From an uncultured Planctomycetota bacterium (GTDB lineage: Bacteria; Planctomycetota; Planctomycetia; Isosphaerales; Isosphaeraceae), in assembly GCA_963845755.1 (NCBI GenBank), contig CAWJTV010000011.1, positions 1,056,001-1,120,000 on the forward strand: 64,000 nt of DNA, given 5' to 3'. Both the position numbers and the translations under genes were made by a program. Position 1 is the first letter of the stretch, and each line of letters starts with the position of its first letter. The notes under the pieces were generated by a model. It was given only the letters and a program-made list of their open reading frames with translations. It had not been told where the DNA came from and searched no databases. Of the stretch, positions 22,266 to 32,419 are shown piece by piece.

Positions 22266-24014
22266 TCAACGCCACCTCGCCTCTCCTGCGGCGACGAACC
22301 AGCTATCGACGAAGCTGGGCGGGGCACTTGTCCCATCGCGACCGGTCGGCGGCTGGCCGATCACGGCCCCGAAGGGGGGCAGCTTACCGCCCTTGGCGAC
22401 GGCGAAGGCCGGCACGTTCTCGGCCAGCTCGGCCAGGACCTCGCCGGAGCCGACGGGCCCGCCGGGTCGATTGAGCAGGATCGCGAACAGGTCGAGGTCC
22501 GGCAGCGAGCCGTCGCGCGGGGGCAGGGCGGCGGCGGAGTATTGCAGCCGGTTGTCGGCGTTGACGTAGCAGCCGGCCTTCTCGGCGAACGTCGCGCCGG
22601 CCAGGACGACGTCGGCCCGTTGCGCCAGCGGCGTGACGTTCGTATCCTGAACGACCAGGAACTTCACGGCGGACCGTAGTGTTTGGCTCTGTGTCTCGTC
22701 GATCGCCGGTTCGATGGAGTCCGACACGGCATACAGGCCCTGGAATTCGCCGGCCGACGCGCGGCGAGCCAGCTCCTCGTAAGAGATCACCTTGCCTTCG
22801 AAGTGGTCCAGGATCGCCTCGACGCCGCGGCGGTTGGGGCACTTCTCGGCGTGGATCGTGAACGGACGCGGCACGACGAAGCTGGTGTCGCCGGTGCGGC
22901 CCTTGGTCTGGTCGGGGCGGAACGTCTGATCGGTCCCGCGCGTCGGGACCGGCCCCATCGCCAGCACGGTGGCCGGGCTCAGGCCCTTGAGGTAGCGGGC
23001 CAGCAGGTAGGCTTCTTCCACGGTCAGGAACGGCGAGAGCAGACCGGCGACGACCCCGCCGCGCTGGAGGATCTCTTGAAATCCCCGCTCCACCGCCTTG
23101 AGGGCCTCGTCGACCGCGACGGCCCGATGGTCGCCATCGCGCTGGACGTACATCGCCGACAGGAGGTTCGGATCGTTGGCCGCCTTGTAGCTATAACGGC
23201 CCTCGTCGCAGATCCAGTAATCGTTCACATGGGGATTCTGGCGGGGCTTGAACCGCCAGAGCGCGCCCCGGTTCTCCTCCGCGGAGATGTTGCAGCCGGT
23301 CGAGCATCGCGTACAGATCGAGTCGTGCTTCGACAGGAACCAGACCCGCTGTTTGTGCAGGAAATCCTTGTCGAGCAGGGCACCAACCGGACACAGGTTG
23401 ACGACGTTCCCGGCCAGCGGGTTGTTGACCGGATGGCCCGGGAAGATGTCGATCTCGGCATGGTTGCCGCGCCGCATGACCTCGAGCTCGCCGGTCTGGG
23501 AGATCTCCCGGGTGAATCGGACGCAGCGCGTGCACATGATGCAACGGTCCTGGTTGAGCTGGATCAGGTCCGAGACATCTTTGCGCGGGTTGACGAGGCG
23601 CTCCTCGACGAAGCGGTGGGCGGCCTGGCCGAAGTGGTAGCTGTAGTCTTGCAGGCCGCACTCGCCGGCCTGGTCGCAAACTGGGCAGTCGAGCGGATGA
23701 TTCAACAGGAGGTATTCCATGATCATCCGCTGGTGTTCCTTGACCTTCGGGCTATCGGTCACCAGCACGGTCAGGTCCTTGGCCGGCGTCTGACAGCCGG
23801 GGACCAGCTTCGGCAGCATCTTGATCTCGCCGGTCTTGGCGTCCTTGGTGCCGACCTCGATCTCGCACATCCGGCAATTGGCCACCACCGACAGTGCGGG
23901 GTGCCAGCAGTAGTACGGGACCTCGATCCCGGCGCGCTTGGCCATCTGGATGGCGTTGAGCTTCTCGCCCTCGGGGATCGTGTATTCGTTGCCATTGATC
24001 AGGATGGTGGCCAT
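22266..24014 (-). CDS. nuoG: NADH-quinone oxidoreductase subunit G
   Basis: YYCWHPALSVVANCRMC, HPLDCPVCDQAGEC, CIMCTRCVRF. Confidence 0.96.
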   Translation of the reverse strand: MATILINGNEYTIPEGEKLNAIQMAKRAGIEVPYYCWHPALSVVANCRMCEIEVGTKDAKTGEIKMLPKLVPGCQTPAKDLTVLVTDSPKVKEHQRMIMEYLLLNHPLDCPVCDQAGECGLQDYSYHFGQAAHRFVEERLVNPRKDVSDLIQLNQDRCIMCTRCVRFTREISQTGELEVMRRGNHAEIDIFPGHPVNNPLAGNVVNLCPVGALLDKDFLHKQRVWFLSKHDSICTRCSTGCNISAEENRGALWRFKPRQNPHVNDYWICDEGRYSYKAANDPNLLSAMYVQRDGDHRAVAVDEALKAVERGFQEILQRGGVVAGLLSPFLTVEEAYLLARYLKGLSPATVLAMGPVPTRGTDQTFRPDQTKGRTGDTSFVVPRPFTIHAEKCPNRRGVEAILDHFEGKVISYEELARRASAGEFQGLYAVSDSIEPAIDETQSQTLRSAVKFLVVQDTNVTPLAQRADVVLAGATFAEKAGCYVNADNRLQYSAAALPPRDGSLPDLDLFAILLNRPGGPVGSGEVLAELAENVPAFAVAKGGKLPPFGAVIGQPPTGRDGTSAPPSFVDSWFVAAGEARWR

Positions 24015-24099
24015 CAGCGTGTCATTTCATTTCGCGGTCAGTGTCGTTGTGAAAGATTCTTCGCCCGTTACTGCTCTGCGGGGGGTGGGTATCTTCGGA

Positions 24100-24231
24100 G
24101 ATTCGAGATTCGAGATTCGAGATTCGAGATTCCGGATTCGAGATTCGAGATTCCGGATTCAAGATTCACTACCCCAGAATCACATCGAAGACCGCCGCGA
24201 AGATGAAATCCCGAATCTCGAATCCCGAATC
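24100..24231. repeat. Heptamer array (GATTCGA/GATTCCG, ~10 units) plus 4 inverted units
   Basis: Forward units 24100-24168; reverse-complement units 24204-24231. Confidence 0.92.
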
Positions 24232-24241
24232 CATCTGAGGC

Positions 24242-25654
24242 TCAAGCGGGCTCCGGCCTCGGTGACCGGAGCGACACGGCGGATTCCGGGACAAAACCCG
24301 GCGGCCCGGCCACCTGGGGCGGGCTCGCCCCTTCGGCGCGGATGCCGTGGGCGATCTTGTCCTGGAGCGGCGTCACCTTCCACGCGTCCGACTGATGCTG
24401 CCGGATGTAGTCCTCGAGCTCCCCGCGGAACTTGGCGATCGCGTTCTTGATAGGCCAGGCCGCGCCGTCGGCCAGTCCGCAGATCGTGGTCCCCGGCATG
24501 ATACCCATGTTGTTGGCCATGTGGAGCATGATGTCGAGGTCTTCGATCCGTCCACCGCCGGCCTTGATGCGCTTCATCGTCTTGTAGAACCAGCCGGTCC
24601 CTTCGCGGCAGGGGGTGCACTGGCCGCAACTCTCGTGGGCGAAGAAGCGGCAAGTGTTATAGAGGTAATCGACGATGCTGGTCTTGTCGTCGATGACGGT
24701 CACCGCGGCGGTGCCCAGCCCGAGGCAGCCGGGCTTGCGGAGGCTCTCGAAGTCCAGGGGCGTGTCGAGCTCGGCGGCCGAGAGCAGTCCCATGCTGATC
24801 CCGCCCGGGACGGCGGCCTTGGCCGTCCGGCCCTTCCAGACGCCGCCGGCATGCTCGTCGATCAGGGCGCGGCAGGTGATCCCCAGCGGCACCTCGACGC
24901 AGACCTGCTTGTTGACGTGCCCCGAGACACAGTACAGCTTCGGCCCATAGCTCTTGGGCACGCCGATCGTCTTGAACCACGACGCCCCGCGCTCGAGGAT
25001 ATGAGGCACGCAAGCGAGCGTCTCGACGTTGTTGACCACCGTCGGCTTGCGGAACGCCCCCTCGATCGCCGGGAACGGCGGCTTGATCCGCGGCCAGCCG
25101 CGCTTGCCTTCCAGGCTCTCGATCAGCCCGGTCTCCTCGCCGCAGATATACGCCCCGGCCCCGCGGTGGACCCACACATCCAGGTTGAAGCCGGTCCCAT
25201 AAATGTTCTTCCCCAGATGCCCGGCCGCGCGGGCCTCGGCGATCGCCGCCTCGAGTATGCGATATGCTTCGATATATTCGAACCGCAGGTAGATATACGC
25301 CGTTAACGCCTTGGTCGCGAAGCAGGCGATCAGGATGCCCTCGAGGAACTGGTGCGGGTCTTTCTCCATCAGCAGGCGGTTATTGAACGTCGCCGGCTCG
25401 CTCTCGTCCGCGTTGACGCACATGAGCGTCTCCTTCCGATCCTTCGGAAGGAAGCTCCACTTCAACCCGCACGGAAACCCGGCGCCGCCGCGGCCGCGTA
25501 GCTCCGAGTCCTTGACGATATTGAGCACCGCGTCGGGGTCGGTCGCCAGCGCCTTGCGCGACGCCTGATAGCCGCCCCGCGACTCATACACTTTGAGCGT
25601 ATGGCTATCCGGCACGTTCCAGTTGCGGCTCAGGACGGGTTCAAATGCGGCCAA
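24242..25654 (-). CDS. nuoF: NADH-quinone oxidoreductase subunit F
   Basis: GRGGAGFP, NADESEP, GAGAYICGEETGL, ESCGQCTPCREG. Confidence 0.97.
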   Translation of the reverse strand: MAAFEPVLSRNWNVPDSHTLKVYESRGGYQASRKALATDPDAVLNIVKDSELRGRGGAGFPCGLKWSFLPKDRKETLMCVNADESEPATFNNRLLMEKDPHQFLEGILIACFATKALTAYIYLRFEYIEAYRILEAAIAEARAAGHLGKNIYGTGFNLDVWVHRGAGAYICGEETGLIESLEGKRGWPRIKPPFPAIEGAFRKPTVVNNVETLACVPHILERGASWFKTIGVPKSYGPKLYCVSGHVNKQVCVEVPLGITCRALIDEHAGGVWKGRTAKAAVPGGISMGLLSAAELDTPLDFESLRKPGCLGLGTAAVTVIDDKTSIVDYLYNTCRFFAHESCGQCTPCREGTGWFYKTMKRIKAGGGRIEDLDIMLHMANNMGIMPGTTICGLADGAAWPIKNAIAKFRGELEDYIRQHQSDAWKVTPLQDKIAHGIRAEGASPPQVAGPPGFVPESAVSLRSPRPEPA

Positions 25655-25668
25655 GGTTGAGTCCTTAC

Positions 25669-25727
25669 GTAGATCAGGCTTTCCAGCCTGACTTCCGGTT
25701 CCCGTCAGGCTGGAAAGCCTGACCTAC
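25669..25727. repeat. REP-like doublet, family A; supplies the nuoE TAG stop
   Basis: GTAGATCAGGCTTTCCAGCCTGAC...GTCAGGCTGGAAAGCCTGACCTAC. Confidence 0.9.
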
Positions 25728-26233
25728 GAGGTCATGTCCCGGCGCCCGCGTTTCAGCTCTTCCATCATCGAATCGACCTTATCCTCATCAAGCGGCCCAT
25801 AGACGCGCCCGTCGTTGACCAGGGCGGCCGGCGCGAAGTCGCAGACGCCCAGGCATTCGGCGAACTCGACGGTCAGCTTGCCGTCGGGGGTCGTCTGGCC
25901 GGGCTCGATCGCCAGGCGGTGGCACGCGTGCTCCAACAGCTCATCCCCGCCGCGGAGCATGCACGACAACGAGCGGCAGATCCAGACCCGCACGTCACCG
26001 ATCGGCGCCTGCGGGAAGAACCCGTAGAAGCTCATCGTGTCGTGCACCTCGGCCGGCGTGATCTCCAGCAGGTCGGCGATCTCCACCATCGCCTGGTACG
26101 GCACGCACCGCAGGTGTTCCTGCACGATATGCAGGGCCGGCAGCGTGACCGCCCGCTTGCTGGGATAGCGCGGAATCAGCGATCGGATCTTCTCCGTCAT
26201 CGCTTCGCTCAGAATCTTGTGATCGTTAGTCAT
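25724..26233 (-). CDS. nuoE: NADH-quinone oxidoreductase subunit E
   Basis: ICRSLSCMLRG and ECLGVCDFAP 2Fe-2S ligands. Confidence 0.96.
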   Translation of the reverse strand: MTNDHKILSEAMTEKIRSLIPRYPSKRAVTLPALHIVQEHLRCVPYQAMVEIADLLEITPAEVHDTMSFYGFFPQAPIGDVRVWICRSLSCMLRGGDELLEHACHRLAIEPGQTTPDGKLTVEFAECLGVCDFAPAALVNDGRVYGPLDEDKVDSMMEELKRGRRDMTS

Positions 26234-26247
26234 TTGTGGTTAACCGT

Positions 26248-26445
26248 GCCCCGTAGGGGCCGCAACAAATCAGCCCGGGGCAACGCCCCGGGGACCGAAG
26301 TCTCCCTACAAAAAAGCCCTGAAAGGGCGGCACATGTGAAGCTCCATGGCCCGGTTTGTGTCGCCCTTTCAGGGCTCGGCTTGAGGTGCTCGACGGAGTC
26401 CCCGGGGCGTTGCCCCGGGCTGATTTGTTCTGGCCCCTTCGGGGC
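26248..26445. repeat. ~200-bp nested inverted-repeat element (MITE/BIME-like)
   Basis: Outer ~48-bp IR GCCCCGTAGGGGC...AAATCAGCCCGGGGCAACGCCCCGGGGAC; inner IR GCCCTGAAAGGGCG/CGCCCTTTCAGGGC. Confidence 0.85.
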
Positions 26446-26540
26446 AAGGATCCGCCGCAACCACTCTCCTCATTACAGGCTCAGCTTCCCTATTGCGAAG
26501 ATTCATTTGGCCCCTTCTCTCCGGCCACGGGTACTCGAGG

Positions 26541-27762
26541 TCAGCGGTCCAGTTCCGCCGCGATGATATTGAGGCTCCCCAGCACCGCCACCACGTCTGC
26601 GAGCAGAAGATCCTTGATCATCAGGGGAAACACGGAAAAATGGATGAACGACGGCGGCCGGGTGCGGACGCGCCAGGCGGCCTGGCTGCCGTCAGCAACG
26701 AGGTAGTAGCCGAGCTCCCCGTTGGGCGCCTCGACGGCCGCGTAGACCTCGTCGCGCGGGGATTCGAAGCCGCGGTTGGGCATGATCAGCTCGAAGTGCT
26801 GGATCAGGCCCTTCCATGCTGTTGTACGTCGTCAGCTTGTCCGGCAGCGGGAACTTCTCGGCGATCGGCACGTTGACCGGCCCGGCCGGCAGGCGCTGGA
26901 CCGCTTGCTGGATGAGGCGATAGCTCTGCCGCATCTCCTCCATCCGGACGATGAACCGCGCCCAGCAGTCCCCCTCCTCGGAATACGGCACCTCGAAGTC
27001 GAGCTCGGGGTAGACGAGATACGGCACATCCTTGCGCAGGTCATAGGTGACGCCGCTGGCCCGGGCGATCGGGCCCGAGCAGGAATGGGCGATCGCGTCG
27101 GCCTTGCTGAGGACGCCCACCCCGCGCACCCGGTCCAGGAAGATCCGGTTGCGGAACAGCAGCTTCTCCATGTCCGCATAGACCTTGGGAAAGCTGTCCA
27201 GCACGAACTGGATCCGGTTGAGGACGCGGTCGTCGAAGTCGTAGAGCAGGCCGCCGACCCGGGTGTAACCGGGATGGAACCGATAGCCCGACATCTCTTC
27301 GTAGACGTCGTAGATCAGCTCCCGCAGGTTGAACGCGAACAAGAACGCGGTGAATGCGCCGAGATCCAGCGCGGCGGCTCCCGTGCAGAGCAAATGGTCG
27401 CTCATCCGCGCCAGCTCGGAAATGATCACCCGGATATACTGGCAACGCGGCGTCAGCTCGATGCCCATCAGTTTCTCGACCGCGTGATGCCAGGCCACCT
27501 CGTTCATCGGGGGGCTGATGTAGTTCTTGCGGTCTACAATCGTCACGTACTGGTTATAGGTCAGATGCTCGCCCAGCTTCTCGAACCCCGAGTGCAGGTA
27601 GCCGATGTCCGGCGTCGCCTTGACGATCCGCTCGCCGTCCAGCTCCAGGATCAGCCGCAGGGTTGTGTGGGTGGCGGGATGCTGAGGGCCGAAGTTGAGG
27701 GTCCACGTCGTTTGCTTCGTGTCGGTTTGCAGCTCCGGTTCGTCGAGTAACTGGGCGGACAT
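26541..27762 (-). CDS. nuoD: NADH-quinone oxidoreductase subunit D (frameshift near 26810)
   Basis: LNFGPQHPATH, IGYLHSGFEK, EAPNGELG, ELDR end. Confidence 0.96.
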
Positions 27763-27818
27763 CGAGTCATCCTGTCTCATTCAGGGGCGGGAATGGGATT
27801 CCGCGGCGGTCCTTCGGG

Positions 27819-28361
27819 TCAGGATTCGCTTCGGGTTAGTCGCGGGAAGTTATGACGCTCGCCGCGCCCGCGCAGCGGGTAGTCTTTTCGGAGCGGATAT
27901 GCGGTGAACTCCTCGGGCATGAGGATGCGCCGCAGGTCGGGATGGCCGCTGAACCGGATCCCGAACATATCGAAGACCTCGCGCTCCAGCCAGTCGGCGC
28001 CGGGCCAAAGCGGGACGGCCGAGGGGAGCGTCGGGTCCGGGTCGTCGACGCCGGCCTTGACCACCAGGCACTCGGACGTCTCGAGGTTCCGGAGCACGTA
28101 ATGGACCTCGAACCGGGCCCGCGTCCGGCCCGGATAGCCCAGGTAATCGGTGGCCCCCAGCTCGGCGAGCATGTTGAACCCGCACCGATCCTTCAGGACG
28201 GTCAACAGGTTGTTCAGCCGCGAAGGCGGCACGAACAGCCGTAGGTTATCGCGGAACCGCGACAGGCTGAACACACCATCGCCCAGGGCCCGCGCCAGGG
28301 TGGCCAGGGTCGTCGCGTGCGGGTCGATGGTGGCTGCGGCGGTTTGTGTCGTGGTGCTCAT
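27819..28361 (-). CDS. nuoC: NADH-quinone oxidoreductase subunit C
   Basis: [26 protein letters not shown]...YPLRKDYPL. Confidence 0.97.
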   Translation of the reverse strand: MSTTTQTAAATIDPHATTLATLARALGDGVFSLSRFRDNLRLFVPPSRLNNLLTVLKDRCGFNMLAELGATDYLGYPGRTRARFEVHYVLRNLETSECLVVKAGVDDPDPTLPSAVPLWPGADWLEREVFDMFGIRFSGHPDLRRILMPEEFTAYPLRKDYPLRGRGERHNFPRLTRSES

Positions 28362-28365
28362 GGGG

Positions 28366-28475
28366 TAGTAGTCAGTGGGCAGTAGGCAGAATTCAGTAGT
28401 CAGTATTCAGGCAGTATGAAATAGACAGTGGGTAGTTAAGAGCATTCCTTGCTGACAACTGAATACTGACTACTG
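28366..28475. repeat. Degenerate heptamer array (CAGTAGT-like) with inverted units
   Basis: cagtggg cagtagg cagaatt cagtagt cagtatt ... actgaat actgact actg between nuoB and nuoC. Confidence 0.8.
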
Positions 28476-28476
28476 C

Positions 28477-29177
<701 letters not shown>

Positions 29178-29187
<10 letters not shown>

Positions 29188-29600
29188 TCGAAGACCCCTT
29201 TCTTCCAGGCATAGGCGAACGCCGCGGCCAGGATCACGATGAACAGCACGATTTCCCAGAAGACCCAGTTCCGGAATTCCCGGGGGATTCCGGCCACCAG
29301 GCCCGGCGCCGACGCGACCGTTGACGCCAGTCCCGGGTCCGCGCTCCACTGCGCCACGGCCCATGGATACAAGAACAACAACTCGACATCAAACAGCAAG
29401 AAGACGATGGCGACCAGGTAGTACCGCACATCGAACCGCTGCCGTGCGTCGCCGATCGGGTCCATGCCCGACTCGTACGGCATCTGCTTCACCCCGGTCG
29501 ACTTCCGCGGGCCCAGCATCGCGCTGGCAATCAGCATGCTCGCCGCGATCAGGACCGCCACGATCAAGAAAACGAAGATCGGCGTGTATTCCGTGCCCAT
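29178..29600 (-). CDS. nuoA: NADH-quinone oxidoreductase subunit A
   Basis: [33 protein letters not shown]. Confidence 0.97.
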
Positions 29601-29631
29601 GGATCAAGGCCCTTGGCCAGCCGGGACCCCT

Positions 29632-29649
29632 TTGTGAAGGGTTTCACAA
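29632..29649. promoter_or_regulatory. Rex-type operator TTGTGAA-N4-TTCACAA upstream of nuoA
   Basis: TTGTGAA GGGT TTCACAA matches the Rex consensus exactly; palindrome extends to 29630-29651. Confidence 0.8.
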
Positions 29650-29823
29650 AGTCGGGTCCAAAAAAATCCTGGCGTGCGCCGGGATTGTCTCGGCGAGATC
29701 AGAAACTAGGTGGGTGGAGTCGAGCGGTCAGGAGCCGTGAGGCTCGGACGTCGGGGAGTTGGTCCGATCTGATCCGAACCGCGGGCTGCGCGAGGCTCGA
29801 GAATGCCGCGCCACGTGTGACCC

Positions 29824-29851
29824 ATTGTAAGGATCAAAAAACGAGCGTCAA
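29824..29851 (-). promoter_or_regulatory. Putative sigma70 promoter for the nuo operon
   Basis: Minus strand TTGACG-16 nt-TACAAT. Confidence 0.55.
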
Positions 29852-29960
29852 CGAGCTACAGAAAAAAGGCTGAAAGCGGGAGACGGTCGCCAGAGGACCG
29901 GGTTCCCCTCAAGAGGGAGTGGCTCATGGGCCAATATGCGTGGCCGCTGCCGCGATCTGA

Positions 29961-30033
29961 TACGAGCCCGACGCGCCAGCGAGTGGATTCCGGCGGGGAC
30001 CATCCATTCACTCGATGGCGCGTCGGGCTTGTA
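29961..30033. repeat. Palindromic repeat TACGAGCCCGACGCGCCAGCGAGTG ... inverse
   Basis: ~25-bp inverted arms with 2 mismatches. Confidence 0.85.
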
Positions 30034-30295
30034 GGAACGGAGTTCACCGATCTCGGCCCATGAGCCAAGGGAGTATCGGTGGGCACAGGGGATTCTCGTT
30101 CTCGCGTGGGAACGAGATTACCCGGTGTCCTCGCTACCGTGTCCAAGACGGAAGGCCGAAGACGGAATAGGACGGGAAAGGAATCCGCGTTTCTTCGTTT
30201 CGTTTACTCAGGCTTCGTCCGTCAGTTGGACGGTGGCGAGGAAGTCGAGGGCTGGCGGGTCCGTCGACTCCGTGGCAGGGTCATCGGGTCCGGCA

Positions 30296-31078
30296 TCAAT
30301 GAGTCGCGATCATCCATGCTGCCGGCCCGATCCAGGACGCGGCTGGGACTACTGCGTGGACGTGCACTTGTCCGCGAGGAACCGGTCGCCGGGATCGGGG
30401 GTGCCGGTCGGGAGGAAGTCCCGCGTCCTCGGGCTGGGCTGGCGTCCCGATTCTGCGCGGCGGCTGGTTCTCAGCGGGCATTCGGGATCCCCGAAGGGAT
30501 GCCGATCCACGGCGGATTCCGGCGGCCGAACCCAGGACCTGACTCGGCGAGGGGGCCCGGGAGTTGATCACGCGGTCGGATTCCCGGCGCACCTGCCGGT
30601 ACTCGCTCAGCAGCGTAGTACGCTTCCTGGGATCGCGTTCCGATAAATAGGCGAAATAGGTGTCGGCGACCTGCCGCTGGGTCTCTTCAAACGTCGGTGT
30701 GGTCCTGGCGTTGGGCTGATACGCCCGGAACTCGCCCCCGCCCCAGGATGGGTTGACCGCGGATCGATAGTAGGGCGTCCCGATGCCGGCCCGGTCGGTG
30801 ACGTTTCGCCCCGGCCCCGGCCCCGCGATCGCCTCCAGGTATTGCTGAAACTGATTCGCCCCTCGGCCCGAGCGCATCCACGGGTCGCTGCCGCCGCCCA
30901 TGGGATCGGCCGGTCCCATCGGCGTGACATAGGGAGCGTATTGACGATTGTAGGGCTGGAACGGGTCCGGGCCGAAACCCGTCTGGGCGCGGGACGTCGG
31001 CGCGATCACGATTGCCAGCACGAACGCCGCCGCCCCGATGCCACAACCACCGAGCCGGCTTCCACGTTGCGATGTCAT
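30296..31078 (-). CDS. Hypothetical secreted Pro/Arg-rich protein (3' end uncertain)
   Basis: Signal peptide (AAAFVLAIVIAPTSRA^QT) then low-complexity sequence. Confidence 0.5.
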   Translation of the reverse strand: MTSQRGSRLGGCGIGAAAFVLAIVIAPTSRAQTGFGPDPFQPYNRQYAPYVTPMGPADPMGGGSDPWMRSGRGANQFQQYLEAIAGPGPGRNVTDRAGIGTPYYRSAVNPSWGGGEFRAYQPNARTTPTFEETQRQVADTYFAYLSERDPRKRTTLLSEYRQVRRESDRVINSRAPSPSQVLGSAAGIRRGSASLRGSRMPAENQPPRRIGTPAQPEDAGLPPDRHPRSRRPVPRGQVHVHAVVPAASWIGPAAWMIATH

Positions 31079-31768
31079 CTTCGGCCTCCCGGACGATCCG
31101 CGAGCCGATTGTGTCCCGGCCGGCGGCGGGAATGCCCCGGCGGAGACGCAACGAGCGACGCAGTTCAGAAATCCACGCGCGATCGACGCTCCTACCTGAT
31201 GAGGCTTTGAGCCCGGTCCGAGCCGCAATCCCCGTGCCGCGTCGCGTCGCGAACCACCTCCGCGCGGCGCGGTCGTCGATCGCCGATCCCGGAAGCTCGA
31301 AACCTCAACCACCATTGTAACCATTCAGATCGACCGAAACCACTGGGCAATTCCGGTTGTTCCGTCGGCCACCCCGATCCGGACTGCCGAGACGCCCGGA
31401 CATGCGGATTGCGCGGGGACTCCCGGTCTGGCCGGTCCCGGCGCGGCGGGACCGCACGCCGAGGCGCCGTGCCTACCGGCTTGAAAACGGCGATACAAAG
31501 TGGTATCGGATCAAAGGGAACGAGAATCATTCGGCGTGTCGATGGCGAACGCGCGGACGCCGGTGAAGGAATTGGCCCCGGAAACGACGCAGTCGGCGTC
31601 GAAGGCGATGCCGGTCACGGGGCGTTTCCGAGTGCACTCGGCCGCGGGATCCTGGAGTTTCTGGGAGCGGCGGAGGGCAGCGAGGCTGCAAGCCACCATC
31701 TCGATGCGGCGTCCCGGGTGTTGACACCACGAGGACGGAACCGGCCGCCCGACCTCTCGAGATACCTC

Positions 31769-32350
31769 ATGAGTATGCCTGTAATGTCCGCTGATGACAC
31801 GCGTTCCAGACTGCTTGTGCGGGTCAAGAACAACGAGCCCGACGCCTGGCTGAAGCTTGTCAAATGGATCGGCCCGTTCATCGTGCGCCGGTGCCGACGA
31901 GCCGGACTCCAGGCGGCCGACGTCGAGGACGTCTCTCAACAGGTCCTCCAGAACATCTGGACGCACCTGGCCTCCTTCCGCAAGGAGGAACCCGGGCACT
32001 CCTTTCGGGGCTGGGCTTACACGTTGACGCGGACCCGGATCGCCGATTTCCGGCGACAGGCCCCGCCGCGCAATCTGCCGGGGGGCGACTTGCCCGCCAT
32101 GCCCGATCCCTCCGATGCCACCCACTTGCTCCAGCGCGCGCAGTTCCTCGTTCTCCAAGAGATCCTCGCGCAGAATGCCAACGATCCCGGCTTCAAGGCG
32201 TTCTACCGGACCGCCGTGGATGGGTTGACCGCGACCGCGGCGGGCGAGGAGCTTCGGATGAAGGCGTGGACCGTTCGCCAGCACCGGTCGCGCTGGATCA
32301 AGCGGCTGCGCGAAAAGCTGCGCGACGAATTCGGGGAGCTTCTTGACTGA
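31769..32350 (+). CDS. ECF sigma-70 factor
   Basis: TRSRLLVRV...AWLKLV...ADVEDVSQQV...SFRGWAYTLTR; C-terminal HTH. Confidence 0.85.
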   Translation: MSMPVMSADDTRSRLLVRVKNNEPDAWLKLVKWIGPFIVRRCRRAGLQAADVEDVSQQVLQNIWTHLASFRKEEPGHSFRGWAYTLTRTRIADFRRQAPPRNLPGGDLPAMPDPSDATHLLQRAQFLVLQEILAQNANDPGFKAFYRTAVDGLTATAAGEELRMKAWTVRQHRSRWIKRLREKLRDEFGELLD

Positions 32351-32419
32351 AACCGCCGCCGGCTGTCACACCTCACCGTCCAATAAGGTGGAGTCCCCTC
32401 CTCGGCGAAGGAAATCCCA

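Noticed and set aside
20986..24231. Repeat arrays as CRISPR
   Set aside because: Contiguous 7-bp units with no unique spacers and no cas operon.
13137..27762. Programmed frameshifting or pseudogenisation of nuo genes
   Set aside because: No shared slippery motif, and similar indels occur throughout the window; error is the simpler explanation.
31769..32350. Phosphorylation-activated ECF of the EcfP type
   Set aside because: The acidic DxED motif (DVED) is retained, so the sequence gives no specific support.
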